Translations under genes and position numbers: made by a program | Shown: piece after piece, positions 50,602 through 63,518 of the stretch | How the letters are laid out: each line of letters starts with the position of its first letter | Position numbering within the stretch: the stretch's first letter is position 1 | Source: Podarcis liolepis | Taxonomy: Eukaryota | Reading direction: 5' to 3' (one strand) | Length of the DNA stretch: 64,000 nt | Assembly (NCBI GenBank): GCA_965112155.1 | Contig: OZ218098.1 | Notes under the pieces: model-generated | Told to the model about the DNA's origin: nothing | Database searches by the model: none | What the model saw: the letters and a program-made list of their open reading frames with translations, nothing else

Positions 50602-53600
50602 GTGTATAAAGTCAGACTCTGTTGCTTTACATTGCAATCCTTTTGCATTCTATTCCTTCCTATTTCTACCTGTATCTACACAAACCCAATTAGAGCTGGG
50701 AGGAAAATACAAGATTCTCCGGTATCTCCCAGTTACACATACCATAATCCACATGCGTGGAATTGCAACTTTTGTAGTACGGTGGGATGGAGGTCTTTGC
50801 GCATGGGGGAGCTAGTATGCCAGAAAGAAACTCTTCCAATTTATCCCTGCTTGCAGCACGAAGAGCTCATTCCCTGACGCTGGACAGTCCTCACAGACAA
50901 CCACAGGGGCATGTTGCTGAACAAGAAATAGAGAGAATGGAGGAGTGGGGAATTAATAGCAGAAAGCAAAGAAGATCATAAATCCAAATTAAGTGTTGAT
51001 GGAATCACAAACCACAACTGAGTGGCCTATGCATTTTACAACCTGCTGAGCTGATTTATTCTGGACAGGACTGTCAAGCCCAGAGGTTAGGCTGTGAAAC
51101 AAATGGGGAAACAAACCCATGGTGAGGAAGAGAATCTCTTCTTCCTTCAATGAGATTTGAAACGGAAAGCTCTCTATAAAAAGGAAAGCGCTCCAGTGCC
51201 CCCTCATACTGATCAATAGCCCCAAGGTCTGCGTGGGCCTTATCTGGCCTGTAACTGCATAGGTCTCACATGATCAAGGGTGCAATCCCACACAGAGTTT
51301 CCTAGGCACGAGTCCCATTGAACACAGCACTTCTAAATGCATAAAAGGACTGAACTAGTGAACGGACGTCCCTCTGTGTGGTCAACTAATGCAAGGTTCT
51401 CCATGAAGAAAGATTCTTTACTGAAATGGAGACTTGTGAACGGTTAAGTGAATTGCCCTTGTGCTCTAAAGGATGAATCATAAAAAAAGAAGTCCAAATA
51501 AATGAGATTACAGCTTGGGTTGTTGTTTTGTCAGTAAGCTCTTATTCTTTGCTGCATTTTATTAGTTGAAACGGCATTTTGTAAGAGTTTGTTCTGTTGC
51601 ATATAAACGTTCTATTATTGTCATTGCTGTTAGATGCCCTGAGTGTGGGATGGGCAATATAGAAATTGCTTAGTAAACAGTCATCCTCTGCAGGTTCATT
51701 TTAAAACATACTTCCTCAATCTGTGTGCATTCTTTCTAGCAGTTTCTTTTGATAGGGAGAACACGCACTTATGCAGAGTGAGAGGTCAGCATTCTTCTTG
51801 CTTTTTATCTACACCAAATGCACAAAAAATTGGGAAATGAGCACCATAATGGGCTTGCTTATATTTGCCTTCAATACTGGGACTATGACATGCTGGATCT
51901 GGACTAGTAATATAACACACCACTATTATAACACACTAGACTCATCTGTTTAACAAGCAAAAACATTTACTATTCTTTCATCCAAGATGGTCCCAATTTT
52001 ACATTCTACCTGTTCGGAAATATTTAACTTCCATAAGAGCAGAAGGTTCCTAATGCTTCCACAAAAAATTCCTTTCGCCCCAGCCAAGAATGTGCATTTT
52101 GAATAGCTCTATTGAAACCTTTGATAGCATGCTTGACATTAGATTTCTAATATTTAAAGAACTAGGTGCTTGGAAAGGATTAAGTAGAGATGGATCTTTC
52201 AAGGCTAGTTAAAACTCTTTTTGCATCTATTCTGCCCTGGACACATGAGTAGTCTGCTCTCCAAGAATAGGAGACTATGGAGATCCAAATAGGGCACTAA
52301 AAGCATAAATGCTCATTAAGCACTTTTAAAAGCTCTGTAAATTAAACCATTACAAAGTCTTGTGGCACCTTAAAGACTAGCAAATTCATGGTGATTCCCC
52401 CCCCCCCAAAAAAAACACCTTCCATGGTGTAAAGTCTATCTAACACATGAAGTGTTATCCTCAGATAGCCCATGCAGAGAAAAATACAGTGGACAGTGGA
52501 ATCAAATGACTAGGAAACACAAGAAGTACAGTGTGACACACTTAAAATGCCAATTATTTTAGTGGAGGCGCTGAAAAGATTTTGGACAGGTCATCCTACT
52601 TCTAAATAGGCTGTTATGGTTTCCTAATGTTCCCTAGCAGAGAATAAAAATAAAAAGCTCACCAACTGCCATTTTAAAACTCCCCTTTAACACTGCCTTC
52701 CTCGACCCCCATTTCCCATGCAGAATATGTTTGGAATGAAAGGTGGGGCTGAATTAGAATGGGGGAAAGATCTGATCAGACAGCACTGGAGGGAGGTCTG
52801 CAGAGTCCCCCAGGCTCCGCTTTGTGTGTAAGCCAAGTTGCCTTCTGTGATAACAATTCACCTGCACTGCTGTGCTAACCAAGTGAGGTTCCTGAGGTGA
52901 AGGTGTGCTGCACAGAAGGCAAATTGTTGGTGAGGGGAAGAGATCTCTTACTGAGTTCTGCGTAGAATAATCCTCAGTGGCAGACATAAGGACTCTGTGC
53001 CTAGCTGAAAAGGACAGGAGGGCTTTTATGTTACAGGCAAGAAAGGGCACCAACACCCATTCAAATGAAGTAATGAAAATAGTGGCAATTCAAAATCCAT
53101 TAGGGGCTTCGCACTTTGTTCTCTTTCCCCTGTCAGAAAAAACACACACTGCTCTTAGTACTCCACATTTCTAGCTCTTGCCAGAAATAATTACAGTAGT
53201 CTGTGCCTCAAGACAACTTTGAGTCCACAAGGTCAGAATCAGAGCATCACTCAGCAGTTTTCACAAGCATTACAGAAAATCCAGGCGGAAACCTTAAAAA
53301 ACCACCCATGTCACCCAGTTCCAGAGCAGAGGCCTTGCCGTCTTAAAGGAAAGGGTTTTGCCACCAATTTTGACCACTTCCCCCACTTCAGCTCTTGTGG
53401 AATAATAAGGGGATCAGAATGTCTTCAACATCTCTCTCTCCCAGGGTCAATCCAGCTCTTACGTTCCTTTCTTCTTGCCATCCCTTTTATTTCAAAGTTC
53501 AATAAACAGGAAGAAAAGGGAATGGTCTTGACAAATCCCATCAAGGCTCAGGAAAAACCAAGCCTGCCTCCAGCTGACATACCAGGCCCTGCGCTAATGA

Positions 53601-54123
53601 GAGGTAAGGAGGCACCTAAGAAGAACAGGCAACAGCAAAGAGAAGGAGAAATGAATTATTCACATTGCACGCAGTAGACAGCTGCACAAATCACACACTT
53701 TCCACACCTAAAAGGGACAAGCACCAGATCCTTGCAGGTCCCCATGCTTGACCAGGGCTTCTACATCTTGCATCCCAAGAGAGGCAGCCCAGAGGCCAAC
53801 AGCTGCATCCAGTCAAGAATGGAATTTGCAGCTGAAAGGCTTTTGTGCAAGGGATGCACAATAGCCAGGCCAGTACAGGGGAGGGTCAGAGTTAACTCTT
53901 TGATCACCACAGCCCCAGAGGGCAAAAAAGAAAGGAACAGCCTGTAGTTGCCACTCTTTCTAAAATGGCACATATGTTATCATGCATATTCAACCTGATC
54001 ACTGATCACAGCAGGCCTCTAGTATTATTCAAGCAAAAAGGATACGTGTTCCTAGAACTGAGAGCTCCAGCAAGCAGTGAAAAAGCTCATCCCCATCCCA
54101 CCTCTATAGCATAACACCAAATA

Positions 54124-54357
54124 CAGTCGTACCTTGGATCCTGAACGCCTTGCAAGTTTTGGCTCCCGAACACCACAAACCCAGAAGTGAGTGTTCTGGT
54201 TTGCGAACGTTCTTTGGAACCCGAACGTCTGACGGGGCTTCCAACTGGCTGCAGGAGCTTCCTTCAGCCAATTGGAAGCCACACCTTGGTTTCCAAACAT
54301 TTTGGAAGTTGAACAGACTTCCGGAACAGATTCCATTCAACTTCCAAGGTACCACTG
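54124..54357. mobile_element. Tigger-like MITE family B
   Basis: TA TSD; TIR cagtcgtaccttgg / ccaaggtaccactg. Confidence 0.88.
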
Positions 54358-55156
54358 TAACCTTTTTTTATCCTGTATGAGAATGAAAAACCAACCTTGA
54401 CAATACACACCACAGTGGCTGGGGTGCAAAGGAGACCAACAAAGTGGATGAACTGCTGCGAGGGTTCTTGTCCATCTATAGATAGTGGAGAGTAGACATG
54501 GTCCCACAGTCACCAGGATAAATGAGCTCCAGAAGAAGAGTCAATGTCCATTGTTCAAGAGCACCTGAAACAGCACAGAGAGGCTGAACAAGGGTCAAAG
54601 TACAGGTGATACATATACCTCCCCTTTTTACCTTCTCCCAGCCCCTTAAGGGGCTATCTGTTACTTCAGTGTAGAAGATTACCTACATTCAAATTATTTG
54701 GTACTCAGAACTGCACCTCAGTTGTATTTATACAACTATTTCTATACTGCCATACCATAAAGCAGGACGGTGCTCATAATAAAGAGACAATGAAAAAGAA
54801 TGCAATGTTTTATCACAATAGGAAGCTCAAGATGCCATCAGAAAAATAAACAAAACATTTGCTACTCAGGATTGATTCACATGACCCCAGTATGTCATGT
54901 CAGTATGTCTAGGGAATTGTGTTAATTTTGGTAGCTTTCCAGCAGGTGGAAATTTTGACCGAAAATATTGCTCTTATGGGCAACAGAGGTTTTAGCAACC
55001 TCACTGTAAGAAGAAGGGTAGCACAAGGCCCCCATTCAGCCCATAGTTTGTTACGTTTCAGAGAGAAACTAATCAAACTTGCAGCACATTAAAAGAGGTC
55101 GGTGCTATGACAGAAAATGAACATTGCTGTGATGGCTCACACTGGTTTTACAACTA

Positions 55157-55358
55157 CAGTGGTACCTTGGGTTACAGACGCTTCCACTAACCCAGAAATA
55201 GTACCTCAGGTTAAGAACTTTGCTTCAGGATGAGAACAGAAATTGCACGGGGGCAGTGGGAGGCTCCATTAGCTAACATGGTACCTCAGGTTAAGAACAG
55301 TTTCAGGTTGAGAACAGACCTCCAGAACGAATTAAGTTCTTAACCCGAGGTACCACTG
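55157..55358. mobile_element. Tigger-like MITE family A, intact
   Basis: TA TSD; TIR cagtggtaccttgggtta / taacccgaggtaccactg. Confidence 0.9.
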
Positions 55359-56403
55359 TACACTGTAAAATTACACTACCAGCAGAATGGGATAGGATGC
55401 CCATATTTTGGTTCCCCCCCCCCTTGAAGAGCCAGCTGCCAAGGGAGTGAATGTCAATGGGAGACTTGTCAGCGTAACAGTGCAATCCTATTTCTACTCA
55501 GAAGTGAGTCTCATTGTGCTGAATGGGCCTTACACCCAGGGAAGTGTGTATGAGATCCCAGCCAAAGGCCCACTGAACACAACAGAATTGTATTTCTAAT
55601 GTATTGTATAGGATAGGATATGCTGCAAGTATCTTGCCCAGTAGGAGATATGTGAAATTTAACCATCAAACCTGAGCCCTGGGCTCATTAGAGATAATTT
55701 TAACAGGAAAAGGTATCACCTTTGATTTCTTAGTGGGAATTGGTTTTGAATGCAGTTTGAAAAGAATTCATGCTATTATGAATTTTAGAATTCCAAGGTC
55801 AGGCTCTGAAAGGAGTTCTTCCTTTGACACAGCAGCTTACACACCTTGGGTAATTTGTATTTTTCTGAATTGTCATATAGAAAGGGTGGCAACTCTCAGG
55901 TAGGCTTGTAGGTCATATGTTATTTTGTCATTATAATAGAAATCCAGTATCTCTAAACCTTTCTCGGTAGTCACCTGAAGGCTCTTCTTCTAAGCTTTCG
56001 TACTACATTAAAATAGCACGAGTTCTGCAACGTTTCTGAAATGTCTTGACAGAGCTCACAAGGAACGTTATTGCCATTGCAAGATTATACTTTGAATTGG
56101 AAAGCCAGTGCACTCTCACTCTCACTCTCTCAAATGTGCTTGCTAATAAGTGTCCCGCTGTTATCGTTTCAAGTGGCAGGTAAGTGTGCCCTTTTGTGAA
56201 CAGCCATACTCATTGCTTTGGTGTTTAACTTTGTTATGTGTGATAGCAAATGTGGCAAGAAATGTCTGGGATTAAAATAAATAGTACTGAGACAACCAGG
56301 CGGAACATGAAAAGAAGTGTGATTAATGCCACCGCACACACATATTTAGGCTGCCAGAAGCTGCCTGAAATAAAAACAAACCAAATGTTTCTAGCCCCAT
56401 ACA

Positions 56404-56526
56404 CATGGTGCTGATAAGGCCAAGGTTGCAGGTTCGATCCCCATATGGGACATATGGGATATTCCTGCATTGCAGGGGGTTGGACTAGATGAACCTCAGC
56501 GTCCCTTCCAACTCTACAATTCTATG
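56404..56526 (+). mobile_element. tRNA-derived SINE (tRNA-Ile-like head, CR1-derived tail)
   Basis: tggtgctgataaggccaaggttgcaggttcgatcccc (B box GGTTCGATCC) joined to gggttggactagatga...ccttccaactctacaattctatg. Confidence 0.8.
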
Positions 56527-57973
56527 TCCACAGATGCACCCAGCAGCACTGTGGGAAATGGGTGCTCTAAAACACTCAACGTTTTGCTGAGGCACGGTAA
56601 ATGCAAAAGAAAATAATGAAGAGAAAATATTTACAAGAGGCACAAAACAGTATGTTAGTAAGCCATCCTTCTTCGCCAGCTTCCACATGCACAGCGTTAC
56701 CAGAGAATTCTTTGTCTTCAAGCTGAAATCTCTGCCTAGCAAGAAGATTTAATTCCTGTTCTCAGAACAGGTTTGTCAAGCACAGTGCATATTCCCACTT
56801 GAAGAAGTTATTAAGCATTTATACAAGCTCAAATTATAAGATTTGCTGCAAATGCTGCCAATACCAACAGGAATTTACTTGCTAAGGCATCACAGTCAGT
56901 CCAAGCTGGGTAGGACACAGAAGAACAGGGAACAGACATTTTGTGAGGAGCATTGCATTTACTCATTTCCACCATGACAATTACTTTTAATACACAGTTG
57001 TATTCTAGCTAGAAAGCTTCCAGTGGGAGGATTACCCTTGAGTATGTTTAATACCACCCCAATAATTATCTTTCTAAAAACATGGATGTAAGATTTAAAA
57101 ATGAAATTCTTCACATCAGTTTCTTGACTCTATGAACCATTTGCTTAGCATTTTAGCTATTACATGCAGAAAAACCCACAGCCTGACTAAATAGCCACTT
57201 TCCTGTTAGGCTGCTGTGTAAGAGAAGATGACACAACCTGCCAGGGCTTGAACAACTAAGTGTGCTCTTTGGAAAAAATCAAACAATTGCACCATTCACC
57301 TGGAAACTGCAGGAACAGCAAAACCTTACGGTAAACTTGTGTGTTTTGGCATTTTAGGTTTAGAAAAACTCTAACCCCATAGCTGGATTGCTCAAGTCGG
57401 AATGCAAGCTCAGCAGCAGTACAGGAAAGAAACCCAATATAAAAGGTGATGCCTTTGGGAAGTACTGGAAGCAGCATCACACAATAAAAGTGTTAAAGGA
57501 ATCAGTGGAACACAAATTTTACAGAGGCATTTCACAACACACAGCATCCAATATAGTCTAGTAAAAATAAGGCTGAGATAAAATAAATCATTTTTAGGAT
57601 AACATTTAAGCTGGCAGAAGTAGCAACATACTAATAGCTGCAATGTCCAGTTTGATGCAAAATGAGGCTATTCTCCGTCACAAGTTGCTACTGGAAGTGC
57701 CTGAAAATAGAAACAGTTGAAAACTAACAGGCACTGAGGCTGCAGTATCTCAATTTCTATAAGGTAAATAGGTTCCCTTAAGGTCAAATAGGTCCCCTTA
57801 TTTGATTTATTTTTATTATATATCTTCTCTTCTTCCTAAAGGAGGAAATGATTTTAAAATATTTAACAGGAGCATTTGTACCTTTAGTACAACACTCATG
57901 AAGAAAAACCTCTCTAATGCTTTTAACCCAAATACGTATTGTAAATTTCCTTCACTATACCAGCATCGACATA

Positions 57974-58224
57974 CAGTCGTACCTTGGTTCTTGAACAGAA
58001 TCCGTGCTGGAAGTCCATTCGACTTCTGAAAATGTTCAAAAACCAAGGTGTGGCTTTCGATTGGCTGCAGGAGCTTCCTGCATTCAATTGGAAGCCACGG
58101 AAGCAGCATCAGATGTTTGGGTTCCAAAGAACATTCGCAAACCGGAACACTCACTTCTGGATTTGTGGTGTTCGGGAGCCAAAACATTTGAGTCACAAGG
58201 CGTTTGAGAACCAAGGTACGACTG
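57974..58224. mobile_element. Tigger-like MITE family B, inverted relative to the 54124 copy
   Basis: Perfect 18-bp TIR cagtcgtaccttggttct / agaaccaaggtacgactg; TA TSD; internal sequence is the reverse complement of 54124-54357. Confidence 0.9.
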
Positions 58225-58349
58225 TACAGTATGTTGTTGTTTAACAGTCATTATCATAACCTGCTATCACATAGTCACACCCAGCCCAGCACTTTGTTTG
58301 GGTTCAAGTTGTGCTCAAGCAAGGTGCCTCAGGCCAATAGCAGCCAATA

Positions 58350-58591
58350 CAGTGGTGCCTCGCAAGACGAAATTAATTCGTTCTGCGAGTTTTTTCGTCT
58401 TGCGAAGCATGGTTTCCCATAGGAATGCATTGAAAATCAATTAATGTTTTTGTTTTCGTCTTGCAAAGCAAGCCCATAGGGAAATTCGTCTTGCGAAGCA
58501 ACTCAAAAAATGAAAAACTCTTTCGTCTTGCGAGTTTTTCGTCTTGCGAGTTTTTCGTCTTGCGAGGCATTCGTCTTGCGAGGTACCACTG
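58350..58591. mobile_element. Tigger-like MITE family C with internal ttcgtcttgcga repeats
   Basis: TA TSD; TIR cagtggtgcctcgcaagacgaa / ttcgtcttgcgaggtaccactg. Confidence 0.88.
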
Positions 58592-58995
58592 TATAGGTAA
58601 AAATGAATTAGGAAATGAGGTGTGCTTTATGGTATGTTGTGCCCAAGCCAGTTGTCAGGCTGGATACAATTCTATGCTTGCCCTGTGGGTCGCTGACCTG
58701 AGGTCCAAAGCACACTGAGGTACACACCTCAATTCCTTATGATGTTTAATACATTGGACGTTATTGGTATGGGGCATCATGCTTGACAGTGTCTTGTCAC
58801 TTCCTGTCTAGATCAAGATGGAGACCACTTCTTTCAGAGCTCTGAAAGAGGTCTCTGCAACCAGATGGGGCCTCTTTGAGGAACCACAGGAGAATGGCCT
58901 GCAGTGCCTGGGGTGACCCCCCCTCCCCAGCCTATAATGAAGTCAGCCTGACAACTAGGAATAGGAGAGGCAGGAGAAGCCTTTTTGCATTGATC

Positions 58996-59187
58996 TAGGT
59001 ACCGCTCCAGCGGGAAGGTAAACGGCGTTTCCGTGCGCTGCTCTGGTTCGCCAGAAGCAGCTTAGTCATGCTGGCCACACGACCCAAAAGCTGTACGCCG
59101 GCTCCCTCGGCCAATAAAGTGAGATGAGCGCCGCAACCCCAGAGTCGGTCACAACTGGACCTAATGGTCAGGGGTCCCTTTACCTTT
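58996..59187 (+). mobile_element. Sauria SINE, 5'-truncated (lacertid type)
   Basis: ggtaccgctccagcgggaaggtaaacggcgtttccgtgcgctgctctgg...ggggtccctttacctt; near-identical to the 47181 copy. Confidence 0.92.
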
Positions 59188-60087
59188 AAACACAGAAACT
59201 TACAATATTTTTCTTCTTATGGTAGCCCAATTGCTGTGGCAAAATACAATACAGGTACCGGTAGGTTAGAATTTACATGTATGTTTTGCTATCTTAACTG
59301 GACTCACATTATAATTGTCTGATCTTAACCATTATCAGCTGGAATCAGCAGAACATAAAATAATGTTGTCAAGCCATAAGAACTGGATTTAGCCTAAATG
59401 AAAATCCAGGGTCTACACTGCTTTTTTTTGGTAGATCACTAGTGATAACACTTTCTATTCTGAGAACCTTGCACTAATGCCAACTGGCTTAGGTTGCCAT
59501 GAAGCATGAGTCACGGCCGAATTGGCAAGCACTGTCCTTCAGTGAATCCCCTAATAGTTACTGCAAATGAGTCTCTTACCAAACTCAAGTCGAGAAGACT
59601 AGGGCTAGTACAATTCTTCCACAATTCTTGCACGGTCTGTTCCTTGAATTTTAAGCTTGCGAGGTTCAAGGACCTGTTTTATCTTTTGCAAGGAGCCTAT
59701 ATCAACAATTGCCAATGCATTATTAATGATAATATAATCTATCACAGATATATGGGCATGGATCCTGAGACCCCTGAATGAAAGGAAGTTGACAAAGAGA
59801 ATTTTCATTCCCCTACTCACCCCAGCACCCTATCCAATGGGGGAGAGGAGACAAAAGTAGGCAGCTTGAACAAGCAGTTTCACTTGAAGCTGCAATATAG
59901 GCTGCCTCAAAATGCTAACATTAGAAGGCACATTTGCAGGAGGGGGCAGGTAGGTGGAAGGGGGTGCTTAACCCAACTCATGGCTGCCAACTCTCCCTTG
60001 AAAACATATTCCGGGGTTTTACTCCTTTCCCCTCAGCATGGAGAATAGCATTTATGAGGAGAATCGGTCAGCATGGAAATTATTAAC

Positions 60088-60220
60088 CCAGCCTTCCCCA
60101 GCCTGGTGCCTTCGCCATGGACTATAACTCCCATCAGCCCCAGCCTCCGAAGCTGTGCTGGCTGGGGATCAATGGGAGTTGCAGTCCAAAATGGCTGAAG
60201 GACACCAGGTTAGGGAAGGC
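60088..60220. mobile_element. Palindromic hAT-like MITE copy
   Basis: ccagccttccccagcctggtg ... caccaggttagggaaggcagg; ggactataactcccatca / atgggagttgcagtcc. Confidence 0.6.
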
Positions 60221-60962
60221 AGGTTAAGCACTAACGTCCTCCCTTCTCCACTACAAGCCCACCTCTCAACCCAGTTGTGGGAATGCCTTGGCAAATAAGG
60301 GGTTGGGAAGAGGCTTTTGTGAAGGTTCTGCCTCTAGGGAAAATACTTATTTCAAGAGCTTAGAGAAATCCTTTGTTATACCATCAGCATTTGCAGTGGG
60401 GTTGACCTTTTTCGAAATAAATAGGAGCGGATGCTTAATTTAAACAGCTCTGCACAATGGACCAAACATTACAAGTACTGTAAAAGGAAATGCAACCCTC
60501 AGATCAAGCCCTCCAACAAGTCCCTTGTAACAGCCCCACTCAGAAAGAGATAACTCCAGCTGAAACACAAGTTGCTAGCAGTAAAGCAAGCTGTCCTGAA
60601 GGGTAGAAAATTAATGGGAGCTGCAGAGCCCCTCCTGGCCTTGGGGTGCCTTCTGTGATGCAAAGATGAATGCAGAATCTCAGGTCCCCTGCACTGAGAC
60701 CACTCTTCAGGCAGTTCTTGAAGACCGGCAAAAGGCTTTCCAAGGACTTTCAGCTTTCATTACCAGGCTAAACATGAACAGTAACACACTTGGATGAGTA
60801 GCTTAGAGTGGTATGGAATATGCTGGGAGTGTCGAGGTGCAACTCAGCTTGCACTATGGGCTGGTGTATCTGCATGAGAAAGGGCAGAGAGAGAGGAACC
60901 TCCAAACTTCCTAGACTGTCCTTGTGTTCATCTTCCTTCAGAGCTAGATGGATACTCTTAGG

Positions 60963-61209
60963 TAGGGTTGCCATATTCTGAAGAGCAAAAAAGAGGACGC
61001 AATGATGACTCTCATTTTATACAGTATGTAGGCTATAGAAGCTGTATAGAAGCTATAGAAGCAAGTCTTTAACCACCAGTTATATTTGTATCTCCTCCAG
61101 AAAGTATAGCCAGAGACATTTTGGCAAATTTAAAAAATCCACCTGGACAGCATTTTTACCTCTGAAAAAGAGGACATGTCCTGGAAAAAGAGGACAAATG
61201 GCAGCCCTA
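60963..61209. mobile_element. hAT-like MITE (tagggttgccat TIR)
   Basis: tagggttgccat ... atggcagcccta; subterminal aaaaagaggac repeats; related left end at 63329. Confidence 0.7.
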
Positions 61210-61974
61210 GTCAGTTGCTGACCTTACTTCTTATTCCCTCCTTTTCTTCTTCATGCTTTCCTCTTGACATATCTTCCCAGCAGACATATTTTGGATCTCT
61301 CTTCTCTTGAGACGCAAGAGCAAGCATGACTCATCACATCTCAACCTTAGGAAAGATTCCCATTCTATTTGGCTATCGACACGTATTTCCAGTAATAAAT
61401 ATTCACTTTGTTTTCTTAAACCCAGAGTCTCCACGTGATTACATCCGGGGAAAGTGTGCTTCTCCAACAAGGATTCTGCTTCAGTTCAGATTCTGCCGGC
61501 ATTTAACTCCAAATGCTAAGAAAATATACCCCAGAACAGGTGCCAAAAGCAAAGAGACTGGAATTTACAGTCCTTTGCAGCCTCAACACTCCCAAGAACA
61601 TATTTCAATTAAAGCATTAATAAGACTAGTAAGGAGGCTGCTTCTCTACTTCCTCTGCTCTCTGCTTTTAGAGTTCTCTGCAGGCCCCGCTGGAATATTT
61701 TCCAGCTCCAGCAAACAAAGAGAGTCTCTAAAAGGCTGCGCCTTATGCCTTTCATCTTCTGCCAAGTTCAGATAACATTTTAAGGTTATACTGGCTTTAA
61801 GTCCTATGTTTCCAGAAAAAAATTAATGGAAGAACAGAGTGTAACTGAAGTCAGGGACACTGTTCATTCTGTTCATTCATTAAACTTAAAGTGCAAAAGC
61901 AGAAATGTGGTTCATAGGGATCAGAAGCACTGAATGCATTTTCCATATTTATCCACACTCAATGCCCTCATTAT

Positions 61975-62710
61975 CACAGATTATTTAGTTCCACTCCAAT
62001 CTGCATTCAGGCCAGGCCATGGGACTGAGTTGACCACGGCTGACATGATGGATGACCTTCACAGAGAGGGGAACAAGGAGAGCGCAACCTTGTTCCTGCT
62101 TCTTGATCTCGCAAGCCAAGAGACTGAATCAAGAGGGTACAGCACTGGAAGAGTGCTTTTCAGCCCCCTGGTGGTTACGCTATGGGGTGCTGCAGAGCAC
62201 TATTCTATCTCCAGAGCTATTTAATGCTACACGAAGCCTCTGGGGGTGATCACTGGGAGCAAGATGCTATCAGAATGCTAACTACACTCAGTTTCATTTC
62301 TCTGTAACATCTGAATGAAGCTGTGTGGGCCCTGGGCTGGTGGCCTGGGTGGAGTGGTGAGATGGAGGAAGGAAAATAAGCTTAGATTGAATTCTGGCAA
62401 GACAGAGGCACTATGGGTGAGTGGCTCCTGCATCCAAGAAATTGGTCAACTGCTTGCCCTGGATAGTTTTGCATTGTCCCCGAAGGAACAGTTTTCAGTT
62501 GGGGGGTGTTTCTTGATCCAGCTCTGTCACTGGAGGCCCAGGGTAGCCTCAGTGGCTAGAAGCCCCATTTACCAGTAGTAACCTTGTGACAGCCACATTC
62601 ATTCCTGGATCAGAGAACCTGACCACAGTAGTTCAGGCACTGGTGACTTCAAGTTTGGATTACTGCAGTGCACTCTATGTGGGGCTTCCCTTGTGCTTGA
62701 TCTGGAAAAC
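61975..62710 (+). mobile_element. Degenerate L2-type LINE reverse-transcriptase fragment
   Basis: Frameshifted motifs PLQSAFRPGHGTE..DDLH..ATLFLLLDL, GVLQSTILSPELFN, NKLRLNSGKTE, LVTSSLDYCSALYVGLPL. Confidence 0.85.
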
Positions 62711-62887
62711 ACTTAGTAGTTTGGACCTTTTTACTTGCCTTACCCCACTCAACCACTTCAGTTTGTGAAACTGGTACTACATAATACTCGCTTATAAGAA
62801 ATCAGTATTTTAGTGTGGTAGCATTTACTTTAATAATCTTAAGATACCTCTTTTTAACTGTTTTTAATCAATAATTTTAAGATGGCA

Positions 62888-63012
62888 TCATAGAACTGTA
62901 GTGTTGGAAGCGACCCCAGGGGTCAATCCCCTTCAGTGCAGGAATCCTGCCCACAACCATCTTAGGGTGGGTTTGAACCACCAACCTTCTGGTTGACACA
63001 GGCAGATGCACT
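62888..63012 (-). mobile_element. SINE/CR1-tail fragment (reverse)
   Basis: catagaactgtagtgttggaag...tgcaggaat is the reverse of the CR1-type tail; ggtttgaacc is B-box-like. Confidence 0.55.
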
Positions 63013-63328
63013 GAGATCAGGTTTTAGTATATATTTCTGTAAACCGCTTAGAGATTTTCCTGCAATCAAGCGGTATATAAATCCTGTTAAATATATTATC
63101 AAAATTGGGAGGCGCTGCATGCATTTTTAAAATCACTGTGGGACTCACGCCATATTTGCAACCTGAATGGATAATATTCGTAGGATATGAAAGCAAAAAA
63201 AAAAAGGGGGGGGGATACCCAAGCCAATGCTGATACTTAGGCTTTATATTTTACTAAGTGGAATGATTGTAGCTTTGGTATTGAAAAGATGGCTTGTAGG
63301 TATATGCACATGGCAGAGGACTGTGAAT

Positions 63329-63518
63329 TAGGGTTGCCATACGTCCGGAATTTCCAGGGCATATCCGGAATACTGCAGCCGCAAGCAGTGTCCAGTGTCA
63401 GCGGTGTTGTTTTTGCAGGTTTCCCTCAGAAATAGCTCATTTCTTTGAGATTTTGCAAAAGAAAAGTTCAACAACTTTTCTGTTCGAATTTTCACTTTTT
63501 GAAATATAGCAGCTCAAG
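63329..63518. mobile_element. hAT-like MITE remnant (tagggttgccatacgtccgg)
   Basis: Left TIR shared with the 60963 element; tccggaa repeats; right end degraded. Confidence 0.55.

Noticed and set aside
56404-56452. Possible functional tRNA-Ile gene
   Set aside because: 5' acceptor/D arm (A box) is missing and it is fused to a CR1 tail, so it is a SINE head
58395-58582. CRISPR-like spaced short repeats
   Set aside because: Vertebrate DNA, 12-bp repeats with irregular spacing, enclosed by TIRs and a TA TSD: a MITE; no cas genes
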